DNA from: a virus
Taxonomy: Duplodnaviria > Caudoviricetes
Direction: 5' to 3' (one strand)
DNA: 64,000 bases
Virus record (IMG/VR): IMGVR_UViG_3300028805_003982
Numbering within the stretch: the stretch's first letter is position 1; each line of letters opens with the position of its first letter. Position numbers and translations under genes: made by a program. The notes beneath the pieces were generated by a model. That model made no database searches. It was not told the DNA's origin and saw only the letters and a program-made list of their open reading frames with translations. Below, in pieces: positions 10,201-16,819 of the stretch.

Positions 10201-10485
10201 AAGGTTACTGATCATGTCGTAGTCTTTGAGGAAGTTTATAACCTCTTTACAGGTAAGCAGGTAGATCCTGATACCGGAGATGAGACTGAGGTTGAGGAAC
10301 TTGTTCTTGTTGCAGAGCACAAGGATATCAACGATCAGGACCAGACAGTGGGCTTCATGGCTAAGACAGGCGACAGTCTGCACACACTTGCTTATATCAT
10401 CGGAACAGTAGTTTCAGTAGCAGGTCTTGCAGGACTGACAGTCTTTGTCATCAAGAGAAAGAAGAAGGGCACTGAAGAAGCCTGA
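4234..10485 (+). CDS. Sortase-anchored surface protein: subtilase (S8)-like domain, Ig-like stalk and three T-Q ester (VaFE) repeats
   Basis: Signal peptide and acidic linker; IALIDTG, HGTAM, AAGNN and SSSEAAARYTG; VAFE/VVFE with HEDIDDVDQT, HADLEDDDQT and HKDINDQDQT; C-terminal MAKTG, TM helix and KRKKK. Confidence 0.85.
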   Translation: MSKNSKKKFVSTMLAASMIFSSIPFTALADDAISGGDNDDVVIESQVAEEPAVTEQTFEPEPIQAEEPVEDKNVDKVPEDDAEPSEVVSDVEEEPPIEAEEGNDEETPAATDTEVVTEPTETADNPAASEPDTTKTAETEAASENVVFDHYFTTIDTSLVKTKDLLVQTSDPSVFTYNTNVVSNYDDVYVISCDSLKEARYVFSYYVDKVNNITDMSNVFTIASESDDTADLSDLNNGTDAIAALNDINATNHSGYIALIDTGANANINYSVVGDDVSDSNGHGTAMLNYIREENPAARVISIKVFDGNKTNAANVYAGIKLAIESKVSIINLSFVGPDVENNAIVKSAIQEALDNNIKVVGAAGNNNGNAKKYIPGCVEDAIVVGAVNSDGTKFSSSNYNADLYVVATSSSEAAARYTGMLSGNSTNNDRVFSTLTSGEVQDAVADTEGGRVFYATSDDDIDWNNLKAGDVVYLPDCYYVINAVNADGTVVFMPYALDYDEDSFELTARHYGDQTKTSSAKTITPGQSGTDTGTGHIGYNAHGYDSVTNLKSNSSSKYKLTDWFSSLGADCESLWFGDSDSSRHAKCLSNTDVKYSASWKTYTNSNGLPEIKFTVRFTASNDNFSARNWVHHKITWKVTKEHLGNNVYQWDAYIYDNGTQKWHKDWSAYDSTSINDTICSSIKSSIASYKAIGGDWTGYKSVSSVSVPSAKTIGDATTTKPATGTYQTYYKCTNPMQIYRGVGIVNMPGLMLFMQKTAPSSDYSVLTDDSTCYSFKGTQYKLYTGYDSHEDKATGTVLKTFTLDAQGLSDDHYTVTEFPSTFYIQETTAGKGFSIDTHVYKVYVPSVTGSVVVTDMTTEDPDDVWRYPSDGTLVRMKFKDYPVTDPLAFELRKINEQGQITDATLSDTEFTLEYYAQNIAWDNKISDYEPTVVYHFTRAAGDNSQLKLSDFMNLPPVGGTNGEYLHDLYEADVLDNEYQWPLGTYLIYESTPPAGFACNEQILRIKFYQVNNGDDVARIIHKVEDRDGNQIEGDGYFWDYTLDRSGDEYNQIFMTLDDNVLTGHYQLTKSMKSDDVVKDLDGVFTFELVQGDKQIATGVSQADGKVLWTYTLEGLKSEINREALTGTTANVLELAAYWADGSAIEYEVRETVPAYPYGGTSNISYTQKAPEGWTLSGDGTYYYHTFTVTEAQTVDAPYEDTIVNDLESYSLSFVKNIPAGDSFDRTKVAFQLIYTDTNTVIANGVADATGNITWTAAHNTGYVCDTSVASLIKGLPGGNYKVTETWDKTYIATLDDDQAELIEDNLSDGWVKANRNDVYEFGYTFTLDADKQISGGEVINDTVAQWFNMTKTTTVAGDASTVTVELINADGNILARGTAETTAQPGTFNVTWDYAGKHKEVNGLDTIELPAGDYTIREYQPVTYYDNGKNNVPYTYMKPELKIGDDTLGVFVSEKDGKVTFESSAFTVENNETVVLNSTASNTRIEGDLSIIKVERSDDTSTDKTFNLEIYYRGNDSEAHDVGMFLENYLLDTITITTKNGEGTATLGKIPEGWYEVREIDNDGWTVTWGGDAATSIIGGTPTKLFHVDSKDKTNAAPVVNDGVEENGTPIDGLLIYNDIAPEIGTTFTDSATKDHIAATDVEAKLIDTVAYKRVLPGSYKLYGVLMNKATGEPLVDAEGVEVRASTAFTIPTVGNLDRFGNPMPVSDTVDVEFILDTTMVNGLKAVAFEELYAVDVHGDVTGQPVAEHEDIDDVDQTMDIGDGQTTLLDDATGTHTTALAEKVSLTDYVEFNHLLPGKSYTMTGTLMDKATGEPLKDAEGNEITASQQFLADPDDPNLENVIVEDGSFSGMVKVTFEIDTTILVKKTTHIVAFETCTDDETGVAVIIHADLEDDDQTVRVPTAITKAEYPDGAKTAVRVPDLVLIDTVTYTGLEPGQRYRIVATLMVKETGEPLMNNGEIVKVTDEFVAPASDGVEPVEITFDATGLKVTDHVVVFEEVYNLFTGKQVDPDTGDETEVEELVLVAEHKDINDQDQTVGFMAKTGDSLHTLAYIIGTVVSVAGLAGLTVFVIKRKKKGTEEA

Positions 10486-10518
10486 TTAGTTCTCTTTTTA
10501 ACTCGATAATCAGTTGAG

Positions 10519-10577
10519 TTTGCTCTTTAAAGCGTCTGCGGGCTGTAAAAGGCTCGCAGGCGTCATTAGAGAGTAAA
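10519..10577 (+). other. Long intergenic stem-loop without U-tract
   Basis: TTTGCTCTTTAA-AGCGTCTGCGGGC...GCTCGCAGGCGT-CA-TTAGAGAGTAAA, with G-U-compatible pairing. Confidence 0.65.
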
Positions 10578-10602
10578 ACGGCTAAATCATCAGAAAGGAA
10601 GC

Positions 10603-11523
10603 ATGATGCGTAAAAAAGAATCAAAGATAAAAAGGTATATCAGTAATGTACTTATTGTATTGGCCGGGATATGTCTTGCTGTTGGCGCATACTTTAGCAT
10701 AAGGGGTTTGATCACGGACATCAAAGACTATAACGAAGTGGAAGCTGACAGAGAGGAACTTACTGACACATTCCATAAGACTGTTCCGCAGCCAAACGCT
10801 CAGGGCGGAGACCTGGATCTTCCGTACGATGAGTCAGAGGATCTTAAGCTTAAGTACGATACCATGAAGGCCATAAATCCTGATTATGCCTGCTGGCTCA
10901 AGATAAACGGGACCGGGCAGGAATACCCGGTTTGCGTTAACCTGGAAGGCTCTTCATATTATTACTTAAATCACAGTTTTAAAAGGAAGCCCTTGGGCGC
11001 CGGTTGTCTCTTTATCGATCCGGGATCTTCGGTCGATTGCGATAATCTTATAATATACGGACATCACATGAGAAACGGTACGATGTTCGGCAGCTTGGGT
11101 AAGTTCTTGAAAGAGGAATGGACCCGTGACGGCAATAACAGCCTTATCGAAGTATTTACGGAGACAGAGCACCGTTATTATGAAGTTGTTTGTGTATTAA
11201 CGGCAAGTGTTTATAAAATGCCTTTCAGCATTACCGGGTATACAGATCTTTCTGATTATAATGATAATGTTGCGTTTGGCAACCTGCTCCGTAAGCATTC
11301 ACAGATCAACATGGATTGGAAAATAGGTGACAACGGTTTTGAGCCTAATCCCAATCTGTTTACTCCGGGTGTGTATAAAGACCGGTTCTTAACACTTATT
11401 ACTTGTGAATATACACATCGTAACGGCAGGGAAGTAGTCATAGCAAGGGAGCTTTACAGACCGATGTGGACGGCGGAAGAAATGATGCAGTCTGCCGCGC
11501 AATCCGAGGCGATTTCTGAATAA
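10603..11523 (+). CDS. srtB: Class B sortase
   Basis: N-terminal TM helix, INPDY..WL.I.GT..YPV, IYGHHMRNGTMFG, TLITC and GREVV. Confidence 0.92.
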   Translation: MMRKKESKIKRYISNVLIVLAGICLAVGAYFSIRGLITDIKDYNEVEADREELTDTFHKTVPQPNAQGGDLDLPYDESEDLKLKYDTMKAINPDYACWLKINGTGQEYPVCVNLEGSSYYYLNHSFKRKPLGAGCLFIDPGSSVDCDNLIIYGHHMRNGTMFGSLGKFLKEEWTRDGNNSLIEVFTETEHRYYEVVCVLTASVYKMPFSITGYTDLSDYNDNVAFGNLLRKHSQINMDWKIGDNGFEPNPNLFTPGVYKDRFLTLITCEYTHRNGREVVIARELYRPMWTAEEMMQSAAQSEAISE

Positions 11524-11577
11524 AGGAGCCGTGTTTTCCTAATAAAAGATAACAAGGACGAAAAATGACGTTATAAT
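11522..11577 (+). promoter_or_regulatory. Conserved 29-bp box promoter, copy B (drives the large ncRNA)
   Basis: AAAGGAGCCGTGTTTTCCTAATAAAAGAT, then 19 nt, then GT-TATAAT. Confidence 0.85.
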
Positions 11578-11602
11578 AGTTGTACTCGATTGAACTTTGA
11601 AA

Positions 11603-12218
11603 ACCTAATAATCATCAGGATAGCAGTGCATACACGTTATCTCGGTGTAGAGGGGCTTATCACCCTGCCGAGACGCTGCCGGATCAGAAGAGAAGCTTTT
11701 AAGGATACTTTCCAGTTTCTCAAGCGTGCTGAACGTGAGCTTAGCACCTCGTCATAGCAATGGCGTTGGCAGGCGGCGGTATGTACTGTGTGATGTTGGC
11801 GTGAACTGCTGGTGGCCGATGTAATAGACGCCAGCTCGAAAGGCTGGAAGAATCCGAATGCCCTAAGGCCGGTAACCTTAGGCACCTTTCGGAAATACCA
11901 AACAAGTCGGTTTGCCGTGAGACTGCGGAAACGCAGAGTATAACATCAGCAGGCTTCGTAAGTAGCCCAAGGCAGCAAGAACTTCAGATAATGATATTAC
12001 ATTTGCGAAATGTGATAGGAATTTTTCTGAATGATATGGGTGAAAGCTGGGGGTATCAATCCCTTACAGGCTCGGGCGATATCAGCCTGCGCAAGAAGGA
12101 CGGTGTAGCTGACCGTTTCTCAGACTTGCGTACCTGTCGGCGCGATAAACCGTAGCACAGATAGTATGCTGAACAAAAGGCAAGCGTGTGTGTACTGTTA
12201 TCCTGATGGTTGTCGGGT
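11603..12218 (+). ncRNA. Large structured ncRNA, most likely ROOL (rumen-originating ornate large) RNA
   Basis: No credible ORF. 11603-11638 pairs with 12183-12218 as a ~36-bp closing stem whose deviations are nearly all G-U. Many internal hairpins (CTCGG..CCGAG, GTGCT..AGCAC, CCAGC..GCTGG, CCTAAGG..CCTTAGG, CTGCG-GAAA-CGCAG, CAGGCT..AGCCTG, CGCAAG..CTTGCG). The size and the segments GTAGCCCAA and ATATGGGTGAAAG..GGTATCAATCC resemble ROOL as I recall it. Confidence 0.8.
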
Positions 12219-12226
12219 GGTATAAT
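12218..12226 (+). promoter_or_regulatory. Extended -10 element TGGTATAAT at the 3' end of the ROOL closing stem
   Basis: Perfect TGnTATAAT consensus. Confidence 0.45.
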
Positions 12227-12324
12227 ATACTGAAAACGAAAGACGGCCAAGGCTCTGAAAAACCAAAATAATTATGAATAGCCTTAAAGCGAATTGCGTG
12301 CACAAGGTCGTTTTAGTTGATATT

Positions 12325-12366
12325 ACAGACTCCGAAAGATCTTCTTTTGGGGTCTGTTTTTTATTT
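12325..12366 (+). terminator. Intrinsic terminator after the large ncRNA
   Basis: ACAGACTCCGAAAGA-TCT-TCTTTTGGGGTCTGT followed by TTTTTATTT. Confidence 0.85.
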
Positions 12367-12403
12367 GGGGTTAATTACGGCCACGGAAAGGAAGGGGATA
12401 GGA

Positions 12404-13072
12404 GTGAGCAGCGATTTTGCGAGAATAAGAGCAGAGGTGCTTCAAGACGTTGAGCTGAATCCGGATTATTATGAACTGTTGTCGGATCGGGCAGATATGA
12501 TAGAGTTCATAGATAAGACAGATGGGATATTTGATTATCATTATGTTATTACAGATACGGATGTAATAACCCCGGATTGGCTGAAAAGCAAGACTTTGGT
12601 TACTCCGGATGCCCGGGAGTTATTTAGAACAGATCTGTCGAACCTCTTTGAACTGGTGGATAAATACATCCCTAAAGAAGCATATCAGACATTGCAGGAA
12701 TTGATATTTATCACTAATTCGGATGCGGATTATGAATATCTCTATAATGATAGCGAACTTTATATCAGGAAATTACTGGAAGAACATGCCTTGCCGGATG
12801 AGGAACAATTGGGTTTGTCTTGGACCGCAGAAGGGGTAGTTATCATTAATCTGGGGAAGATCGAGACTTCAGTCAAAGAGATGACAGAGGAAGGGGCTTT
12901 CGGTTCTACTCTGGAACGGGTTGTGTTGGATACCATTGCACACGAGTTCAGACATCTTCAGCAAACTAATCCGTATGTATCACAAGAGATCAAAGACACG
13001 TTCCTCGATGACATAGAGATAGATGCAGAGGTGTTTGCAAGAAATATCAACTATGGGGAGTTGGGATTATAG
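12404..13072 (+). CDS. HExxH zincin-like metallopeptidase-domain protein
   Basis: DTIAHEFRHLQQ...IEIDAEVFA. Start reassigned to GTG 12404 because the ORF-track start lies inside the terminator. Confidence 0.65.
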   Translation: MSSDFARIRAEVLQDVELNPDYYELLSDRADMIEFIDKTDGIFDYHYVITDTDVITPDWLKSKTLVTPDARELFRTDLSNLFELVDKYIPKEAYQTLQELIFITNSDADYEYLYNDSELYIRKLLEEHALPDEEQLGLSWTAEGVVIINLGKIETSVKEMTEEGAFGSTLERVVLDTIAHEFRHLQQTNPYVSQEIKDTFLDDIEIDAEVFARNINYGELGL

Positions 13073-13101
13073 AAACATCAAGAGAAAGCTGAGGTGTAAA
13101 T

Positions 13102-13344
13102 ATGAATCAGTTTGGACTTTATTTTATTGATACCAAGGAGTTTGTCAGCTGTGGCAGTTATGCACAGGCGTTTAAGATGTATCTGGACGTTCTATATAAG
13201 GCTATCGATGAAAGTTTCCTGTTGCCGGATAACGTGGGAATAGCGTATTTCGTTCCTGAGCGTAACAGAATAGAACAAGTTGATATGCTTGGACGTGTGA
13301 CAAGATCCGTTCTCATATCCAAGGAAGAGATCACGTTCAGTTGA
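13102..13344 (+). CDS. Hypothetical protein
   Basis: GAGGTG RBS; 80-aa ORF. Confidence 0.65.
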   Translation: MNQFGLYFIDTKEFVSCGSYAQAFKMYLDVLYKAIDESFLLPDNVGIAYFVPERNRIEQVDMLGRVTRSVLISKEEITFS

Positions 13345-13434
13345 AGGCTTTTGGCAATATGCTACAAAAACTGATTAAATGTCTTGGGATTTTTGTGCTA
13401 TAATACCTACGAGAAATACTATAGGTATAACAAG

Positions 13435-13662
13435 ATGAGTCCTGAAGATTATTTAGAGAAGTTTAGAATGCTTGCCAATCAAAAGGCTTTTATATGTCCG
13501 TCCACAGATCCGCTGTTGGCGGAGTCTTTGTGTGAAGAATGGAATGAAACCGTTATGCAGGCAACAAAGGCGGGGCTGGCTCATAGCGAGATACGCAAGA
13601 TATGGGAAGAAACGTCCTTTATAAAAGGTTCTCTTTTAGGGATTGACCGGAAATCCATGTAA
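13435..13662 (+). CDS. Small protein, paralogue of 25842-26051
   Basis: Shares WNET-x3-A-x-K-x-GL-x7-IWE...SFIK with 25842-26051; start at ATG 13435. Confidence 0.7.
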   Translation: MSPEDYLEKFRMLANQKAFICPSTDPLLAESLCEEWNETVMQATKAGLAHSEIRKIWEETSFIKGSLLGIDRKSM

Positions 13663-13718
13663 AAAGGTTCCGTATTTTCCTAGAGATAGACACATTATTA
13701 ATTTTCTGCTGTTATATT
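13663..13718 (+). promoter_or_regulatory. Conserved 29-bp box promoter, copy C
   Basis: AAAGGTTCCGTATTTTCCTAGAGATAGAC, then 19 nt, then GT-TATATT. Confidence 0.85.
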
Positions 13719-13724
13719 ATAAAG

Positions 13725-13823
13725 TGTTACTATGCTACATGATTCCCAACGAAGCAGATGTAGATGTAGTGGAATACTCCTTTTTAATTGATGGTCGGTG
13801 CCGGAAACGGCATCGATCTTTTT
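13725..13823 (+). ncRNA. Putative ~100-nt sRNA or attenuated leader
   Basis: Lies between promoter copy C and a strong terminator (GGTCGGTGCCG-GAAA-CGGCATCGATC-TTTTT, 13793-13823). Contains a 5' stem GCTACAT/ATGTAGT and an unpaired CTCCTTTTT. Confidence 0.5.
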
Positions 13824-13841
13824 ATGTTGAAGGGACAACGT

Positions 13842-14489
13842 ATGGATTGGTATGAGTTTGACAGTTTGGAAAGACAAAAAGAGTATTTTCCAGAGTTGCA
13901 GGCTGCTGTTGATTCCGAATACGGGCAGCACCTTTGCTATCCTTTAAGGGAAAATATCTATAATGCCTTTAAATTAACACCTGTTAGCAGTATCCGATGT
14001 GTGATACTTGGACAAGACCCGTATCACGGGCCGGGGCAGGCGACCGGATTGGCTTTTTCGGTTCCGCATAGTTTCCCGTTGCCGCCGTCTCTTCGTAACA
14101 TCTATAAAGAGATAGAAGCGGATACAGGTAAAAAGACGGTGAATCCTGACGGGTGCCTTGAACCCTGGGCCTCTCAGGGTGTATTGCTCTTGAATTCATC
14201 TTTGTCGGTCAGGGCACACGAACCCGGGTCTCATGCAGATCTGGGGTGGGGGACCTATACCGATAATTTCATTAAGATGCTGGGCGCCTTGGACCAAGAT
14301 ATCGTCTATATGTTATGGGGTAAGTTCGCAAGGAGTAAAAAGCAGCTTATAACAAACAAAAGGCAGTTGATCCTGGAAGCGCCTCACCCGTCTCTGTTTT
14401 CGGCAAACCGGGGATTTTTCGGATGCGGGCATTTCAGTAAATGTAATGAATATCTTGAATCAAAAGGTCAGAACAAAATAATCTGGTAA
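13842..14489 (+). CDS. ung: Uracil-DNA glycosylase (family 1)
   Basis: VILGQDPYHGPGQATGLAFS, PPSLRNIYKE, GVLLLNSSLSV, HPSLFSANRGFFG; start at ATG 13842. Confidence 0.95.
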   Translation: MDWYEFDSLERQKEYFPELQAAVDSEYGQHLCYPLRENIYNAFKLTPVSSIRCVILGQDPYHGPGQATGLAFSVPHSFPLPPSLRNIYKEIEADTGKKTVNPDGCLEPWASQGVLLLNSSLSVRAHEPGSHADLGWGTYTDNFIKMLGALDQDIVYMLWGKFARSKKQLITNKRQLILEAPHPSLFSANRGFFGCGHFSKCNEYLESKGQNKIIW

Positions 14490-14501
14490 AGGAGATTTTT
14501 A

Positions 14502-14693
14502 ATGTATCAGTACGAGGTCGCTAAACAAAAGGGAGGCAAGAACTATTTTTGTTATGAGGTCGGAGAGCAGCTGCCGATTAAAGGAACTTTCGGCGATAAG
14601 AAAAAAGTAATGAAGATTGCAGCCTCACTGAACGGCGTTTCGTACGCGGATTTTGTGAAAAACAGAAAAAACGGTTTTGATATAGAAAAATAA
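14502..14693 (+). CDS. Small hypothetical protein
   Basis: AAGGAG RBS; 63 aa. Confidence 0.65.
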   Translation: MYQYEVAKQKGGKNYFCYEVGEQLPIKGTFGDKKKVMKIAASLNGVSYADFVKNRKNGFDIEK

Positions 14694-14701
14694 CGGGTGT
14701 A

Positions 14702-14727
14702 ATACCTTTGGAGTAACCAAAAGGTAT
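14702..14727. promoter_or_regulatory. Inverted repeat (candidate operator) upstream of pilus cluster 1
   Basis: ATACCTTTGG-AGTAA-CCAAAAGGTAT, a near-perfect palindrome without a U-tract. Confidence 0.4.
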
Positions 14728-14944
14728 ACCATTTGTAATCTAATTGTGATATAAATAGTGTGTCGGGGAAGTATAAGTTAGACGAGATGTTTTGATGTAG
14801 TTTTTGGTCGTAATTGTAATTAGTGTACGCTTTGTTGTCAGATTTTGTTTTCCTTGATAATGATAAGTTACTTATAGGTTTTCCCCGGCACGTTTATTTA
14901 TATAACCGCTTATGCGGGTATTAAATCTTAGTGGAGGTTAGATT

Positions 14945-16225
14945 ATGCACAAATTCAAGAACTTTCTCGGCATACTGTGTGCTGTTGCATTGATGGCAGG
15001 CTCAGTATTCAGCGTATCTGCAGCCGAGATAGGAGAGGGCACCGCTGAGACCAATGATACGGAGATCCTGATCCCCAAGAGCATCAATGTCACAAATCCG
15101 GAGGACATTGAGGTTTGGACACCTGCGATCACGTATTCATATGAGATCAGAGGTGTTGAGAGCAGATTGGGTTCTACGGTAACTGATACGGAAGGCCGCA
15201 GGGTATCCGTAAGGCCTGGACCTGATGGCGGTGCAGTGTTGCCCACGGGCGTTGTTGAGTTTGACTCACAGAAGGTCATGGCAAACACTGCTGCCAACGA
15301 AGTTGAGGATAATCTTGTGGTTAATGTCGATCTCAGCAAGTTTGAACAGCCAGGCATTTATCGTTATGAGATCAAGGACGTAACAGACTTGGGTCTTCTC
15401 CGGGCAGCAGGTATCGAAAGAGCCGAAGATTATGATCTTATCAGATATCTTGATGTTTATATCATCAGGGATCAGGATACGGGAAATCTTAAGGTTTCCG
15501 GCTACGCTTTGACTAACGGATATGTACTCGATCCCGAGCATACGGGGTACCCGGTAATATCCATTGAAGCATGGGAGACCGACAAATCTTCAGGTTATGT
15601 ACCACGGTCAGAGATCTTTGACGACTATACGTATGATATCGACGGCACCGCACAGATGACCGATACGTATGATACGTATAACGTTAAGATTACTAAGCAG
15701 GTTACAGGCGATATGGGTGACACGTCTCACGAGTTCCCCTTCGTAGTTGATGTAACCGGACAGGATGAGATCAAGTACAGCCACGGTAAGTGCGCAGCAG
15801 ATCAGGCAGATCCTGACATTACAGAAGATACTAATACAGATTCCATCAGCACAACGATGAAGAACACCGAGTATTACGTACTTCAGGGATTGTCCCCTCT
15901 GGCCACGGTTGCTGTTGAAGAGACCAACGACACTTATGACGGTTATACAGTAACGGTAACTGACAAGGACGGAACTGAAGTAGTCCCCGCAACAGACGCT
16001 GTGGCCTTTAACGGCACGGTTAAAGTTGATGCCTTCCAGGTATCAGACTACGAAACTCCGGATGTTGAGGCTTCTGCAAATGCCAAAGACGAGCTTACAT
16101 ACGACAATCATCTGGACAACGTATCTCCTACAGGCGTTATCCTTGCGTCAATGCCTTTCGTAGGCTTGGCAGGTGTTGGCGGCACGATGCTCGTTTTGGG
16201 CAAGAGAAAGAAAAAGGAAGACTAA
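14945..16225 (+). CDS. Backbone pilin (Spy0128/FCT-like), module 1
   Basis: Signal peptide; F-x2-PGIYRY; ITKQVTGDMGD...FPF, VEETND and YDN (K/E/N isopeptide-like set); VSPTGV, TM helix and KRKKK. Confidence 0.8.
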   Translation: MHKFKNFLGILCAVALMAGSVFSVSAAEIGEGTAETNDTEILIPKSINVTNPEDIEVWTPAITYSYEIRGVESRLGSTVTDTEGRRVSVRPGPDGGAVLPTGVVEFDSQKVMANTAANEVEDNLVVNVDLSKFEQPGIYRYEIKDVTDLGLLRAAGIERAEDYDLIRYLDVYIIRDQDTGNLKVSGYALTNGYVLDPEHTGYPVISIEAWETDKSSGYVPRSEIFDDYTYDIDGTAQMTDTYDTYNVKITKQVTGDMGDTSHEFPFVVDVTGQDEIKYSHGKCAADQADPDITEDTNTDSISTTMKNTEYYVLQGLSPLATVAVEETNDTYDGYTVTVTDKDGTEVVPATDAVAFNGTVKVDAFQVSDYETPDVEASANAKDELTYDNHLDNVSPTGVILASMPFVGLAGVGGTMLVLGKRKKKED

Positions 16226-16228
16226 GTT

Positions 16229-16798
16229 ATGAGCGATGAACTTACGGGAGCTACAACTGATATGACAGAGGTTAACGCCCCCGGTAAGTGGAAGACCTTC
16301 TGGTCGTCCTGGGCAGATGAAATAAAGCGGTTAGTCCGCAATGTTTTTGTCGTCCTTGTCGGGCTCTGGATTATGTTCGGCTTTATAGTAGGAATCGGCA
16401 GGGTCGGTTCAGTCGAGATGTCCCCGACCGTGGGCTTGGGCGATATCGTAATGTATTCCAGACTCGACAAGGCACCCCGGACAAATGAGGTAATCGTTTT
16501 TGATATGGAAGCCTCCGAATGTATTGGCCGCGTAATCGCCGGACCCGGTGATAAGGTAGACATTTCCGAGCAAGGTCAGCTGTTCGTGAACGGCCATCTT
16601 GTTCAAGAGAGCAGGATCACAGATCCCACATATCCGTATCCTGAATATGTTTCGTATCCTTTAACTGTAGCTCCTGACAACTATTTTGTTTTGGGGGATA
16701 ACAGGAAGTCCGGTGTGGACAGCAGATATTACGGAACGGTTCCGAAAGACCAGATCAAGGGAACACTTATAACACTTATCAGGCACAACAATTTTTAA
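16229..16798 (+). CDS. Signal peptidase I-like protein, catalytically degenerate (SipA/LepA-like)
   Basis: S26 boxes present (EMSPT, GRVIAGPGD, YFVLGDNR..GVDSRYYG), but the catalytic Ser is Glu and the Lys is Gly. Confidence 0.8.
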   Translation: MSDELTGATTDMTEVNAPGKWKTFWSSWADEIKRLVRNVFVVLVGLWIMFGFIVGIGRVGSVEMSPTVGLGDIVMYSRLDKAPRTNEVIVFDMEASECIGRVIAGPGDKVDISEQGQLFVNGHLVQESRITDPTYPYPEYVSYPLTVAPDNYFVLGDNRKSGVDSRYYGTVPKDQIKGTLITLIRHNNF

Positions 16799-16819
16799 GG
16801 TTAGAGAAAGGGAACAAAC

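Noticed and set aside
11603-12218. Group I/II intron, tmRNA, RNase P or rRNA fragment as the identity of the large RNA
   Set aside because: No interrupted gene, intron ORF, domain V, tRNA-like ends or RNase P/rRNA signature was recognised. It has its own promoter and terminator.
11637-12403. ORFs 11637-11885(-), 12056-12250(-), 12082-12303(-) and the 12317 start
   Set aside because: They overlap the structured RNA or its terminator, lack an RBS and have atypical composition.
13643-13855. 70-aa ORF spanning promoter copy C, and the N-terminal extension of ung from 13788
   Set aside because: They run through the promoter box and terminator with no RBS; ATG 13842 fits UNG length better.
14760-14891. 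Invertible promoter flanked by inverted repeats
   Set aside because: The repeats are imperfect in a G-U-compatible way, which favours RNA pairing, and no recombinase is in the window. Not fully excluded.
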